Of a stretch of DNA of 64,000 nt, positions 19,390-30,456 are shown piece after piece. Every line of letters starts with the position of its first letter. Position 1 is the first letter of the stretch. The notes beneath the pieces were generated by a model. That model was not told the DNA's origin. It did not search any database and worked only from the letters and a program-made list of their open reading frames with translations. The stretch lies in assembly GCF_058153355.1 (NCBI RefSeq), contig NZ_CM177019.1. One strand, given 5' to 3'. A program made the position numbers and the translations under genes.

Positions 19390-20441
19390 AATTCCACACG
19401 CGTCCCTGTTTCTGCGGATTGATACAGCGCCGCCACCAGTTGCTGGATGATGTACCCTTGCTCGGCGTCGGCAATCATCACTGGCTTGCCCTGTACGTGA
19501 TTGATAAAGGCTTCCATGCTGCGCAAATGACGGTTGTCGTCGGCCAGTTCCCGTTGCATCAACGTCATTAATTCACCGTTGTTGTCGGTATAGATATGCG
19601 CCGGAAATAGCGTGGCTCCCGCTTTATCGCCGCAAAAGCTGACGTTCATAATCGACTGTTCGCGGATGTTGAGTGCAAATGATGTCTCCAGCCAAAGAAT
19701 GCCGCCGTTATGAAATTCAATGGTGCCAAACAGCGAATCTTCGACGCTGTAGGTTGCCGGGTCCCACTCGCCAAATTGACCACAGCTCTTTTGCGGGCCG
19801 ATCTTTTGAAAGCTATGCGCATTCACGCTTTTCACCGCCGGAAAGCCCAGCACATACATCGCGGCATCCAGCATATGAATGCCGATGTCGATCAGCGGGC
19901 CACCGCCCTGCAGTTCTTTATTGGTAAAGACACCCCAACCGGGAACGCCGCAGCGACGCAGGGCGCGAGCGGTCGTCACGTAAATCTCACCCAAAACGCC
20001 GTTGGTCACCTGTTCACGCAGTTGTTGCGTATCAAGGGCAAAACGATGGTGAAAGTCGTAGGCCAGCACCTTGCCCTGTTTGCGCGCGGTATCGCACATT
20101 TCCCGCGCCTGTTCTGGCGTCATGGCGGGCGGTTTCTCGCACATCACATGGCAGCCTGCCTCCAGCGCCATCAGGGTATGCTCGTAATGAAAACGGTTAG
20201 GTGAACAGACGCTTATCACGTCAGGTTTTACCGCCAGCAGCATGGCCTGCGGATCGTCCCACACGGATGCGTTCCCGTATTTCTCTGCCAGCGCCTGCGC
20301 CTGGGAAAGGCGGCTGTCACAGACAGCCACCAGTTCCAGATCGTTGCGGGTGCAGTAGTACGAAGCATGAACCTTATCCGCCACCTGGCCCGCGCCTATT
20401 ATCGCGACCCGCAGCGGAGAGCTTGTCATTGCACTTTTCAC
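19386..20441 (-). CDS. ycjS: Gfo/Idh/MocA-family NAD-dependent oxidoreductase (3-keto-D-glucoside reductase type)
   Basis: 351-aa ORF with N-terminal Rossmann motif RVAIIGAGQVADKVH. Confidence 0.85.
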   Translation of the reverse strand: MKSAMTSSPLRVAIIGAGQVADKVHASYYCTRNDLELVAVCDSRLSQAQALAEKYGNASVWDDPQAMLLAVKPDVISVCSPNRFHYEHTLMALEAGCHVMCEKPPAMTPEQAREMCDTARKQGKVLAYDFHHRFALDTQQLREQVTNGVLGEIYVTTARALRRCGVPGWGVFTNKELQGGGPLIDIGIHMLDAAMYVLGFPAVKSVNAHSFQKIGPQKSCGQFGEWDPATYSVEDSLFGTIEFHNGGILWLETSFALNIREQSIMNVSFCGDKAGATLFPAHIYTDNNGELMTLMQRELADDNRHLRSMEAFINHVQGKPVMIADAEQGYIIQQLVAALYQSAETGTRVEL

Positions 20442-20450
20442 AAAGACCTC

Positions 20451-21239
20451 TTAGCAGGTGCGCAACCAGGCCAAAGAATCACGGTACGCCTGAGCAGGAT
20501 CTTCTGCCCGGATACGCCCTTCATACACCACATAGCCCTGATAGTTATCGGCGCGCAACTGTTCAAACAGCGCGTGGAAATCGAGGGTGCCGCTGCCCGG
20601 CTGATAGCGATGATTATCGGCAATATGCACATGACCAAGCAGGTCACGGTTGTCATGCAGCGCCTGCGCCAGGTTATCCTCTTCGATGTTCATGTGATAG
20701 AAATCGCCGATAATCTGCACATGTTTAAGGTTGTTTTCGACGATGTAACGACGAGCATCGGCGAGCGTGTTGATCATGTGGTCCTGATAGCGGTTTAGCG
20801 GTTCGAGATACACCACCGTTCCGGTACGCGCGGCCACCTTTTCCAGGAAACGCAGGGAATCGCTCACCATTTGACGATCGCCGTCCAGGCTGCGCGGTGA
20901 GGTCATCGGCGGTAAGCGGAAGGTAAACATGCCCCACGCAGCCGGAACGACAATACCTTTGCCGCCCACTTCCGCCAGCGCCTCAAGAATGCGCTCGATC
21001 TGCTTTAAACCATTAAGACGACGTTCTTCGATAAAGTCGCCAATCCAGCCGTCATAGCCGCCGCAGGCAGTGGTCACCGGTAAACCGGTTTCTTTGATCG
21101 CTGCTTTGACTTCTTCGATATTGTTAACCAGCAGTTTGCCGTCAATCTCAAAACCATCAAAACCCATCTCTTTGATATAACGAAATTTCTCCAGAATATT
21201 TTCCGGGAAAAAGGCCTGATTCTGTGTACCGATTTTCAT
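20451..21239 (-). CDS. ycjR: Sugar phosphate isomerase/epimerase (TIM-barrel, xylose-isomerase-like)
   Basis: 262-aa ORF; operon position matches ycjR. Confidence 0.85.
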   Translation of the reverse strand: MKIGTQNQAFFPENILEKFRYIKEMGFDGFEIDGKLLVNNIEEVKAAIKETGLPVTTACGGYDGWIGDFIEERRLNGLKQIERILEALAEVGGKGIVVPAAWGMFTFRLPPMTSPRSLDGDRQMVSDSLRFLEKVAARTGTVVYLEPLNRYQDHMINTLADARRYIVENNLKHVQIIGDFYHMNIEEDNLAQALHDNRDLLGHVHIADNHRYQPGSGTLDFHALFEQLRADNYQGYVVYEGRIRAEDPAQAYRDSLAWLRTC

Positions 21240-21255
21240 TTTTCCGTTCTTAGAA

Positions 21256-22308
21256 TTAAAAAGTTACGCCCATTTTGATGCTCTGTTCCGGATGCTGGTC
21301 GACATACTGCATGTAGCTTTCCGGGCTGTTAGCAAAGGTCACCACCGGGTCGATTAAATCTTCACAATTGAGATAACCGTTCATCAGCAGTTCCCAGCAG
21401 GTTTCTTCAATACGCTTGCGACTCCAGCGCGGATAATCCGGGTTCGGTTCACTGCACGCACGAGAGAAGACAATTTTGGCGTTGTTGAAATGCGCTTCGC
21501 GTCCGAGGTTAAAACCTTCAGCAAACGGTTTGGCAAACGCAACATAGGAGATGGTGCCGCCATAAGCCAGGCCGCGCAGTGCCGATTGCAGCGCGTCGGC
21601 GTAGCCGCTGGTTTCGATAATCACATCGGCACCCTGCTTGCCGGTCAGCGTTTTAATCTCTTTGCCTACATCCGTGCCAATGGGGTTAAGGCAGAAATCC
21701 GCGCCGTGGCGACGGGCAATATCACAGCGATGAGCGATAGGATCGACACCAATCACCACCGACGCGCCAGCGCGTTTTGCCAGTTGAATGGCAATTTGAC
21801 CAATCGCGCCAAGCCCTACCACCACCACAAAATCGCCCACGCGCACGTTGGCATCGCGCACGCCGCTCATGGCAAACTGCGCCGGGTCGTAACAGACGGC
21901 GTTTTTCCACGAGCTACCTTGCGGCATTTTGCGCAGTTTGTAGTTATTCACCGCGTTAATGATGACCGTTTCGGAAAGCGGGCCGTAGCCGCATACGCTG
22001 TCGCCCACCGCGTAGTCGGTAACCTCGCTGCCGCACTCGATAATGTCGCCAACCACCATGTTGCCAAGCTGGAACTTGCCAAACTCAATGCCGCGCGGCG
22101 CATCTGCCGGACGCGGGGTGAACATCTGCCATTCGCCATTAAAGTCTTCATTAATAAACGGGCTGGCGGCGCGGAAATCGACCACTTCCGTCCCGTGTTT
22201 CGGCGCGCCGAACCGCACGCGGATCTTCACTTCATTGGCTGAAATCGCCCTGTCTTCATACTCCACCAACGCGGCAACGCGCGGTGCTGTGGCTACTAAC
22301 TTTTTCAT
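21256..22308 (-). CDS. ycjQ: Zn-dependent alcohol/sugar dehydrogenase (MDR family)
   Basis: 350-aa ORF with GLGAIGQIAIQLAK NAD-binding motif. Confidence 0.85.
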   Translation of the reverse strand: MKKLVATAPRVAALVEYEDRAISANEVKIRVRFGAPKHGTEVVDFRAASPFINEDFNGEWQMFTPRPADAPRGIEFGKFQLGNMVVGDIIECGSEVTDYAVGDSVCGYGPLSETVIINAVNNYKLRKMPQGSSWKNAVCYDPAQFAMSGVRDANVRVGDFVVVVGLGAIGQIAIQLAKRAGASVVIGVDPIAHRCDIARRHGADFCLNPIGTDVGKEIKTLTGKQGADVIIETSGYADALQSALRGLAYGGTISYVAFAKPFAEGFNLGREAHFNNAKIVFSRACSEPNPDYPRWSRKRIEETCWELLMNGYLNCEDLIDPVVTFANSPESYMQYVDQHPEQSIKMGVTF

Positions 22309-22338
22309 GTAAAACTCCTTGTCAAGAAACTGGCCGCT

Positions 22339-23181
22339 TTAGCCCTTCACGCCACCGGCGGTCAAACCACTCTTAATAAAACGTTCCGAAAGTGCATACA
22401 TAATCACCACCGGCAATGCGGTCACCAGCGAGGCCGCCATCATTCGGCCCCAGATGTAATCAGGGGTACTGAACAGCGCGTTCAGGCCTACCGGTAAAGT
22501 GAAATTGCTGGCGCTGGAGAGGAAAATCGAGGCAAACAGATAGTCGTTCCATGCCACCATAAAGCAGTAGACGAACACGGATATCAGCCCGGACATCGCC
22601 AGCGGTACCGTGATGCGGAAGATGATTTGCAACCGGTTGAGGCCATCCATCATCGCCGCTTCTTCGATTTCATCGGGGATGGTGTCGAAGTAGCTTTTCA
22701 GCATAAACACGGCGGTAGGCAGGGTTTGCGTCACCATGGTGATGATCAGCGCCATCTCGGTGTCGTAAATGCCAAGCGCAGTGATGATTTTGAACAGCGG
22801 CACCACCAGCAAAATGCCGGAGAACATGTACACCGTGTAGAAGCTGGCGTTGATGGTCATTCGCCCTTTAAAGCGCAGGCGGGAAAGCGCGTAAGCCCCG
22901 AGAATGCCGAGAAATACTGCTATCACGGATGAAACTACCGACACCACCAGGCTGTTACGGAAATAATCGACAAACGGGAAAATCACCGGGTTAAAAATGT
23001 CGACGTAATGCTCCAGCGTCCACTGCTGTGGCAGCAGCGTAGGATGCAGCGAGATCGCCTCTTTCGCGCTTTTGAACGAGGTCATCAGCATCACAAAAAA
23101 GGGAAACAGCGTGATGATGAGAAACAGCGCCAGCCCGCAGTAAAAACCGATGCGACTGAGTGTGCGTTTATTTGTTGCCAT
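22339..23181 (-). CDS. ycjP: ABC sugar transporter permease
   Basis: 280-aa hydrophobic ORF; MalG-like. Confidence 0.85.
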   Translation of the reverse strand: MATNKRTLSRIGFYCGLALFLIITLFPFFVMLMTSFKSAKEAISLHPTLLPQQWTLEHYVDIFNPVIFPFVDYFRNSLVVSVVSSVIAVFLGILGAYALSRLRFKGRMTINASFYTVYMFSGILLVVPLFKIITALGIYDTEMALIITMVTQTLPTAVFMLKSYFDTIPDEIEEAAMMDGLNRLQIIFRITVPLAMSGLISVFVYCFMVAWNDYLFASIFLSSASNFTLPVGLNALFSTPDYIWGRMMAASLVTALPVVIMYALSERFIKSGLTAGGVKG

Positions 23182-24049
23182 TGAGGTTCACCCGTTTTCT
23201 GGTCAGCAGAATGACAGCGAAAATAATGATGAAGAGCACCACTGAGATCGCCGCCGCTTTCCCTAAGTCATTAAAGGCAAAGGCGGTTTTGTAGAGATAG
23301 ACGCCGAGAATATCGACCTTGGTCGTCAGCAAATAAACGTCAGCGAACATGTAGAACATCCAGATGGTACGCAGAGTCACCACCGTCGCCAGGACCGGCA
23401 TAATCGCGGGCAGCGTGACGATGCGAAACCGTTGCCAGGCATTCGCGCCGTCCATCTCTGCCGCTTCGTACAACGATTTATCAATGGTCTGCAAAATCGC
23501 CAGAAACGAGATAAAGGCATACGGGAAGTAGCGCCAGATGGCGAACAGCACCACCAGCACAAAACTACTGCCCGGGTTATCGAACCACAGCGGCGCCTGC
23601 TCATAGAGATGCAGAAGATCGACGCCGAGGTAGTTCACAATGCCGTAGCCGTTGTTGAACATGTATTTCCAGGCGAACACCAGCGAAATGGATGGCGTTA
23701 CGTAGGAGAGGATCACCAACGAACGCGCGGTCTTGCGCAGGCGAAACTCGCGGTTGAAAAACATCGCCACTGCCAGCCCGAGCACGGTGCTGCCCGCCAC
23801 CACCAGCGCGGTATACCAGACCGTCATCCACAGCGAGTGCCAGAAGCCGGGATCGGAGAGAATACGCACATAGTTGCTCACCCCAACAAACGTTGCCTCG
23901 ATGTTGGGATTGAGCGGCAGACGTAAAAAACTGATTTCGATATTCGACACCATTGGCCACGCCACCAGACCGCCCAGCAGTAATAAGCTGGGCGCGAGAA
24001 GCAGCAGCGCAAAGGGCATATCGGAACGACCTGAAAAAAGCCTGTTCAT
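23168..24049 (-). CDS. ycjO: ABC sugar transporter permease
   Basis: 293-aa hydrophobic ORF; MalF-like; overlaps ycjP start. Confidence 0.85.
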   Translation of the reverse strand: MNRLFSGRSDMPFALLLLAPSLLLLGGLVAWPMVSNIEISFLRLPLNPNIEATFVGVSNYVRILSDPGFWHSLWMTVWYTALVVAGSTVLGLAVAMFFNREFRLRKTARSLVILSYVTPSISLVFAWKYMFNNGYGIVNYLGVDLLHLYEQAPLWFDNPGSSFVLVVLFAIWRYFPYAFISFLAILQTIDKSLYEAAEMDGANAWQRFRIVTLPAIMPVLATVVTLRTIWMFYMFADVYLLTTKVDILGVYLYKTAFAFNDLGKAAAISVVLFIIIFAVILLTRKRVNLNGNK

Positions 24050-24069
24050 TGCGGATTCCTGTCCTGGGA

Positions 24070-25362
24070 TTAGTGCTGTTCGATCAGTTCATCCAGCTTT
24101 TTCTGGCTCGCTTGCAGCGTGGTTGAGAGATCGGCTTTCCCCACGGTGACGTTATGCACCATTGAACTCACCACACCAGAGCCCGTGACATCGCCCATGC
24201 GGGTAAAGTTTTTGTCCCCTACCGCACCAAAAACCTGAATGTTTGGCAGTTCGCTAATCAACTGATTCGGCAAGTCTCCCAGCGCCTTAATCACATCGTT
24301 ATCTTTCCAGGTGGCAGTCGTCACAACCGCTTTGTTCACCGGCAGCGCCGCGCCTGGTGACATCATCACCCAGTCGGCAATGTTGTCTGCCTGCTCCATA
24401 AAGGTGACAAATTTTTCCGCCGCTTCCGTCTCTTCGCTGTTTTGCCCGGCGGTAATGGTCAGCGAGGTCAACATGCCGTAGACCGCCGAGTTTTTCTCGG
24501 TTGGCACCACGAAACCGACATTTTTCGGGTCACCTTCTTTAATCACAGCCGGAAGGATATAGGTGGAGTAAATCGCCATCGGCGCGGTGCCGTTCATAAA
24601 GGCGTCTTTCACTTCCATAATGTCGTTAGAACCCGGCATGGTGTTGGCAGCAAGGTCGCGGTAATAGGTCAGCGCCTGCATCATCTCCGGCGTATCAAGA
24701 GTGATTTTGCCTTCGGCGTTAAAAACGTTGGCCTGATTGGATAACGCAAACTGAGAGAACGATTGTTCCGTCAGTACGCTTTCTGCCGTCGGCAGTGCAA
24801 TACCGTATTTTTTATTCGCCGGATCGTTCAGTTTCTGTGCGACATCCAGCAACTGTTGCCAGTTTTTCGGCTCATCCAGCCCGGCTTTTGCCAGCACATC
24901 TTTGCGATACCAGATACCGCCAATCCATGCGCTGACAGGAACACCGGTCCAGGCGCTACCATCTTCGGTGCGCACAATCCGCAGAACGCCGTCATAAAAC
25001 GCGCCTTCACCGACATTACTGATGACCGTAGCAACCGCTTTGCGATCGATAAGCTGTTCTTTGTCCATCACTTTCGCGTAGTCATGGCTGGTTTCGATCA
25101 CTTCCGGCAGCGAGCCGCTACGGGAAAGGGTGATGACTTTGGTGTTATAGGCATCTTCTTCCACCGGCACTTGTTTAACAGTGATGCCTGGGTTTTCTTT
25201 TTCAAAACGCGCAATTAACTGACTTATAACCGCCTGGCGTTCCTGTTCCACCGAAGAATGCATAAACTCGATGGAGACATTCGTTTTATTTTCTTCTTTA
25301 CAACCTGAAATCAGGGCGCAGGAAACCAGTGCTGATAACAGCACGATTTTAGATTTAATCAT
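24070..25362 (-). CDS. ycjN: Periplasmic sugar-binding protein of ABC transporter
   Basis: 430-aa ORF with lipoprotein-type signal (MIKSKIVLLSALVSCALISGC). Confidence 0.85.
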   Translation of the reverse strand: MIKSKIVLLSALVSCALISGCKEENKTNVSIEFMHSSVEQERQAVISQLIARFEKENPGITVKQVPVEEDAYNTKVITLSRSGSLPEVIETSHDYAKVMDKEQLIDRKAVATVISNVGEGAFYDGVLRIVRTEDGSAWTGVPVSAWIGGIWYRKDVLAKAGLDEPKNWQQLLDVAQKLNDPANKKYGIALPTAESVLTEQSFSQFALSNQANVFNAEGKITLDTPEMMQALTYYRDLAANTMPGSNDIMEVKDAFMNGTAPMAIYSTYILPAVIKEGDPKNVGFVVPTEKNSAVYGMLTSLTITAGQNSEETEAAEKFVTFMEQADNIADWVMMSPGAALPVNKAVVTTATWKDNDVIKALGDLPNQLISELPNIQVFGAVGDKNFTRMGDVTGSGVVSSMVHNVTVGKADLSTTLQASQKKLDELIEQH

Positions 25363-25375
25363 GAGATGTTCCTTT

Positions 25376-27055
25376 TTATTTAATCCACATAACCTGCCAG
25401 GGGCGCAGCGTTATTTCATTACCCACTATATCAACTTCACTAATCAGATCCCGACCGTGCAGGTCAGTAATATTTATATGCTGAATATTTTCACTGACAT
25501 TAAACAAGCCCGTCAGACAATTACCATCCGCGTTGCTTCTTTGAATACGCATTACGGATGAATTAACCGTATCGATGGTAAAATCATTATCTGGATGAAA
25601 CTCGTTATGACTGCGACGAATTTTAATTAGTCGCGACAATTCATGATATACCGCGTGCCTTAACGTCGCTTTATTGTTCAGTTCGGTCGTGATCTCTTCG
25701 CTGGTGTATTTTTTACGGTTAATCGCACGGTTATATCCCAGTTTTTCGACACCTGCGTAATCATTACGCGAGCCCAGAATACTTTGAATATATATCGCGG
25801 GCACACCGGGGAAAATTAACAAAATCGCATGGGCAAGGATAAACCTGGCGCAACGTTCTTCATCGCTACTCTCGCGGCGGCTTAACGCATCCATATAAGT
25901 GACATTCATTTCATACGGGCTACGCGTACCGTCGGGATTATTTTTCCAGTTAACTAATGCCCCTTCCTGCTGTAATGCCTCGACCAGCGCTAATATTTCG
26001 CTTTCGGGTAGCAAGCCACGCAGTGGGTTAAGCCCGATGCCATCGTGAGAGGCGAGGAAGTTAAACCAGGTGGTGTTGCTGGAAGGTAGTGTCAGGTTTT
26101 GCGCCCACGCACAAAGCGCCTCAACGTTCTGTTTTTGCACCGCATGCAGCACCAGCGGCGGCAGCGAGAACTGGTACACCATATGCGCTTCGTCATCACC
26201 GTTGCCAAAGTAAGCAATGTTGTCTTTGTGCGGAACATTGGTCTCGGTAATGATCACTGTACCTGGTGCTACGTCATCAATAATCGACCGTAACAGCTTG
26301 ATAATCAGATGTGTTTTTTCCAGATGGATGCAGCTTGTTCCCGGCTCTTTCCACATAAAGCCAACGGCATCCAGGCGGACATACTCAGCACCTTTCTCAA
26401 GGTAACACAGTAAAACATCCACCATCGCCAGTAACACTTCAGGGCTACGGTAATTCAGGTCAATTTGATCGTCGCTAAAGGTGGTCCATAAATGGCGCGT
26501 TGAATGATCGCGCATCTGGAATGGCGTTAATAACGGTAACGCACGCGGGCGAGTGACGGCGCTGAGATCGGTTTGCGGGTCAACGGCAATAAAAAAATCT
26601 TCAAAGCCTGGCTGCTGCTGTAAATAGTTTTTAAACCATTCACTTTTTGCCGACATATGGTTGCAGACAAAATCAAACATTAAATGACTGCATTCACCGA
26701 GTTGCTGAATATCCTGCCACTCCCCCGCTTCACTGGCGACCTGATGATAATCAATTACCGAAAAGCCATCATCAGATGACCATGGATAAAACGGCAACAA
26801 ATGAACATGTGAAAAAATGCTTTGCAGCCAGTGATGGTAAAACTGATTAAATGTGGGTAGTGGTTTTAAATCATTACTGTGAAATTGATCGGCATAGGTA
26901 ATTAACACGACATCACTTTCATCCCAGTGTTTTTTACGTCGTTGTGTAATTAATCTTTTCGCACTCTCAAGACGCGTTACAAGTTTCTGTAAATGAGTCG
27001 CGGTAAATGTTCCACCGTAGATTTCGTCCAGGTAATCCGTAATTTTCTGTTTCAT
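25376..27055 (-). CDS. ycjM: Glucosylglycerate phosphorylase (GH13, sucrose-phosphorylase-like)
   Basis: ORF 25376..27082; start at MKQKITDYLDEIYGG gives 559 aa. Confidence 0.85.
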   Translation of the reverse strand: MKQKITDYLDEIYGGTFTATHLQKLVTRLESAKRLITQRRKKHWDESDVVLITYADQFHSNDLKPLPTFNQFYHHWLQSIFSHVHLLPFYPWSSDDGFSVIDYHQVASEAGEWQDIQQLGECSHLMFDFVCNHMSAKSEWFKNYLQQQPGFEDFFIAVDPQTDLSAVTRPRALPLLTPFQMRDHSTRHLWTTFSDDQIDLNYRSPEVLLAMVDVLLCYLEKGAEYVRLDAVGFMWKEPGTSCIHLEKTHLIIKLLRSIIDDVAPGTVIITETNVPHKDNIAYFGNGDDEAHMVYQFSLPPLVLHAVQKQNVEALCAWAQNLTLPSSNTTWFNFLASHDGIGLNPLRGLLPESEILALVEALQQEGALVNWKNNPDGTRSPYEMNVTYMDALSRRESSDEERCARFILAHAILLIFPGVPAIYIQSILGSRNDYAGVEKLGYNRAINRKKYTSEEITTELNNKATLRHAVYHELSRLIKIRRSHNEFHPDNDFTIDTVNSSVMRIQRSNADGNCLTGLFNVSENIQHINITDLHGRDLISEVDIVGNEITLRPWQVMWIK

Positions 27056-27065
27056 GTTGCCTTTC

Positions 27066-27082
27066 CGTGGTAGCGGTCCCAT
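27066..27082. promoter_or_regulatory. Second copy of the 17-bp motif cgtggtagcggtcccat, immediately upstream of the ycjM start codon
   Basis: Exact match to 17140-17156. Confidence 0.4.
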
Positions 27083-27221
27083 GAAACGAGAGACTACTCC
27101 GCAGAAAATAAACTGTCAATTGAGCACAAGGGTTTTAGTCACGCAGGAAATCATTTTTTACCAGGGAAAAAGCGTATTTGTGAGCTGACGCAAATAATCT
27201 ATGGGGATGTAAATAAGGTGT

Positions 27222-27255
27222 GACAGAAAAAGTAAACGGCGCATAAGCGCCGCTT
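27222..27255 (-). terminator. Rho-independent terminator downstream of pspE
   Basis: On the minus strand: cggcgc-ttat-gcgccg hairpin followed by tttacttttt. Confidence 0.55.
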
Positions 27256-27268
27256 AGGGTGGATTCTT

Positions 27269-27583
27269 TTAACCTTTGACCTTCGGCATTGCGATGTCTT
27301 TCAGGCCGCCAGCGTTCTCAACGTGGGTATATCCCATCTCGCTAAGGATCTCTTTTGCCTGCCCTGACTGGCGTCCGGCATTGCAATACACTTTCACGGT
27401 GTCGTTTTTATCCGGAACGGCGGTGGCAATGCGCTCTTTCACTTCCTTCAGGGGAATATTGATGGCTCCCTGAACGTGCTCTTGCTGATACTGCTCTGGA
27501 ACACGAACATCGATCCAGTGTTCAGCGGCGAAAACGGGCAGTGAAAACACCAGTGTCAGAGCAAGTAAGCCTTTTTTAAACAT
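27269..27583 (-). CDS. pspE: Thiosulfate sulfurtransferase (rhodanese) PspE
   Basis: 104-aa ORF with signal peptide and rhodanese active-site Cys (YCNAGRQS). Confidence 0.9.
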   Translation of the reverse strand: MFKKGLLALTLVFSLPVFAAEHWIDVRVPEQYQQEHVQGAINIPLKEVKERIATAVPDKNDTVKVYCNAGRQSGQAKEILSEMGYTHVENAGGLKDIAMPKVKG

Positions 27584-27657
27584 GTAAGCGTCCTTCTATG
27601 GATGAAAATTGCCATCCATAATACGCCTTAGCTTGAACAATTTTTGCGAAACTCCCC

Positions 27658-27879
27658 TCACCTTTTATAACGCTGCGCCAGTTTATTGGCAGCCCGACTT
27701 AACAGCGGTTCCAGCGCCACGGCCAACAACATTTTCAGCGGTCGGCGAGCAACTGATTTTATCGCCCAGCCAGCCACACCCGCCGGGCCATAGCGCAGTG
27801 CAGTAAGAAGTACCAGCTTGCCTGCTAATTTGAAACCAGGCTTCATCTTTTGCCCGGCATGTTGCCAGCGAGTATTCAT
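27658..27879 (-). CDS. pspD: Phage shock protein D
   Basis: ORF 27658..27891; start at [11 protein letters not shown] gives 73 aa. Confidence 0.85.
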   Translation of the reverse strand: MNTRWQHAGQKMKPGFKLAGKLVLLTALRYGPAGVAGWAIKSVARRPLKMLLAVALEPLLSRAANKLAQRYKR

Positions 27880-27887
27880 ATCTTTCC

Positions 27888-28247
27888 TCACAGTTGACGG
27901 AAACGACTACGTAACGTGAAAGTATCGGAAGTGACATAACGTTCCATCTCGCGTAAACGCGTTTCACTTGCCGCCAGTTCACGGTCGACATCATCCAGCA
28001 ATTCGCTGCTGGAAGGTAGCTGCTCACCAAAGGCCATGTTGTCCGGCATTGGATCAAGCGCAAATGACAAAATGATGTAAGCAACCAGGGTAAACAGCGC
28101 CAGGCCGAAGAAAATCGACAGCACCACCAGGATACGTACCAGTTTTACCGGTACATCAAAATAGTTGGCAATCCCGGCGCAGACGCCGCGTACCATGCCC
28201 TGCTGTGGAATACGCCATAATTTTTTATTGAGATTAATACCCGCCAT
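27888..28247 (-). CDS. pspC: Phage shock protein C
   Basis: 119-aa [33 protein letters not shown]... (PspC domain). Confidence 0.9.
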   Translation of the reverse strand: MAGINLNKKLWRIPQQGMVRGVCAGIANYFDVPVKLVRILVVLSIFFGLALFTLVAYIILSFALDPMPDNMAFGEQLPSSSELLDDVDRELAASETRLREMERYVTSDTFTLRSRFRQL

Positions 28248-28471
28248 TAGCGATCCCTCCAGTTCGGATGTTCTGCATCAAGAATGGATTCCAGTGCCTG
28301 AATACGTTCGCGCATCCGTTTTGCTTCATCAGCCAGTTGCGCTAATCGTTGCTGCTCACTTTGCGACAATTCACCGCGACCGGAACGATTGCTGTAATGC
28401 AGCCATAACCAGATCGGTAAAACAAACAGCACAAAAATGGTTAACGGAATAGCCAGAAATAGCGCGCTCAT
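28247..28471 (-). CDS. pspB: Phage shock protein B
   Basis: 74-aa ORF MSALFLAIPLTIFVLFVLPIWLWLHY... Confidence 0.9.
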   Translation of the reverse strand: MSALFLAIPLTIFVLFVLPIWLWLHYSNRSGRGELSQSEQQRLAQLADEAKRMRERIQALESILDAEHPNWRDR

Positions 28472-28524
28472 AAGTACTCCTTAGACGATGAGCGGCGGCG
28501 CGTTCAGACGCCGCCTGGATGTTA

Positions 28525-29265
<741 letters not shown>

Positions 29266-29359
29266 TTATCTTTTTGATTTATAAAGATCTGATTGAAGAA
29301 TCAACAGCAACATGCCAGGATGAGTTAGCGAATTACACTAACAAGTGGCGAATTTCATC

Positions 29360-30337
29360 ATGGCAGAATACAAAGATAATTTACTCGGTGAGGCGAACAG
29401 CTTTCTCGAAGTGCTGGAACAGGTTTCGCATCTCGCACCGCTGGACAAACCGGTGCTCATCATCGGCGAGCGCGGCACAGGTAAAGAGCTGATTGCCAGC
29501 CGTCTGCATTATCTCTCCTCCCGTTGGCAGGGGCCGTTTATTTCCCTTAACTGCGCGGCGTTAAATGAAAATCTGCTGGATTCCGAACTGTTTGGTCACG
29601 AAGCGGGCGCGTTTACCGGTGCGCAAAAACGTCATCCAGGGAGATTTGAACGTGCCGACGGTGGTACGCTATTTCTTGATGAACTCGCTACGGCACCGAT
29701 GATGGTACAGGAGAAATTATTGCGCGTGATTGAGTACGGTGAACTGGAGCGCGTTGGCGGCAGCCAGCCATTGCAGGTGAATGTGCGGTTGGTATGCGCG
29801 ACGAATGCCGATCTCCCGGCGATGGTCAATGAAGGTACTTTTCGCGCTGACCTGCTCGACCGGCTGGCTTTCGATGTAGTGCAACTGCCGCCCCTGCGCG
29901 AGCGCGAAAGCGACATTATGCTGATGGCAGAACACTTTGCCATTCAGATGTGTCGGGAAATCAAGCTGCCTCTGTTCCCGGGTTTTACGGAGCGCGCCAG
30001 AGAAACATTGCTGAATTATCGCTGGCCGGGAAATATTCGTGAATTGAAAAACGTGGTGGAACGTTCGGTGTATCGCCACGGCACCAGCGATTATCCGCTT
30101 GATGACATCATTATTGATCCTTTTAAACGGCGTCCGCCTGAAGACGCTATCGCCGTTTCAGAAACCACCTCGCTTCCAACGCTGCCGCTGGATTTACGTG
30201 AGTTTCAGATGCAGCAGGAAAAAGAGTTGCTGCAACTCAGTTTGCAACAAGGGAAATATAACCAGAAGCGCGCGGCTGAATTACTGGGGTTAACCTATCA
30301 TCAGTTCCGCGCGTTGTTGAAAAAGCACCAGATTTAG
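29360..30337 (+). CDS. pspF: Sigma-54-dependent activator PspF (AAA+ enhancer-binding protein)
   Basis: ORF 29345..30337; start at MAEYKDNLLGEAN gives 325 aa; Walker A GERGTGKE and GAFTGA motif present. Confidence 0.9.
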   Translation: MAEYKDNLLGEANSFLEVLEQVSHLAPLDKPVLIIGERGTGKELIASRLHYLSSRWQGPFISLNCAALNENLLDSELFGHEAGAFTGAQKRHPGRFERADGGTLFLDELATAPMMVQEKLLRVIEYGELERVGGSQPLQVNVRLVCATNADLPAMVNEGTFRADLLDRLAFDVVQLPPLRERESDIMLMAEHFAIQMCREIKLPLFPGFTERARETLLNYRWPGNIRELKNVVERSVYRHGTSDYPLDDIIIDPFKRRPPEDAIAVSETTSLPTLPLDLREFQMQQEKELLQLSLQQGKYNQKRAAELLGLTYHQFRALLKKHQI

Positions 30338-30356
30338 CGAAGTTGGGCAATACAAC

Positions 30357-30440
30357 TTGCCGGATGCGGCGTGAACGCCTTATCCGGCATACATAATCAA
30401 TACGTCGTTTGCAGGCCTGATAAGCGCAGCGCATCAGACA
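30357..30440. repeat. REP/BIME elements between pspF and puuE
   Basis: ttgccggatgcggcgtgaacgccttatccggcatac and gcaggcctgataagcgcagcgcatcagaca REP-like palindromic units. Confidence 0.65.
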
Positions 30441-30456
30441 TTATTGCGTTGGGCTA

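Noticed and set aside
21490-22242. 250-aa plus-strand ORF lying entirely inside ycjQ on the opposite strand (similar cases: 15778..16437 inside ycjV, 33175..33645 inside puuC, 31222..31752 inside puuE, 23432..23926 inside ycjO).
   Set aside because: These are shadow ORFs antisense to well-supported genes with clear homology; their Arg/His/Ala-rich translations are low-complexity and typical of the reverse strand of GC-rich coding sequence.
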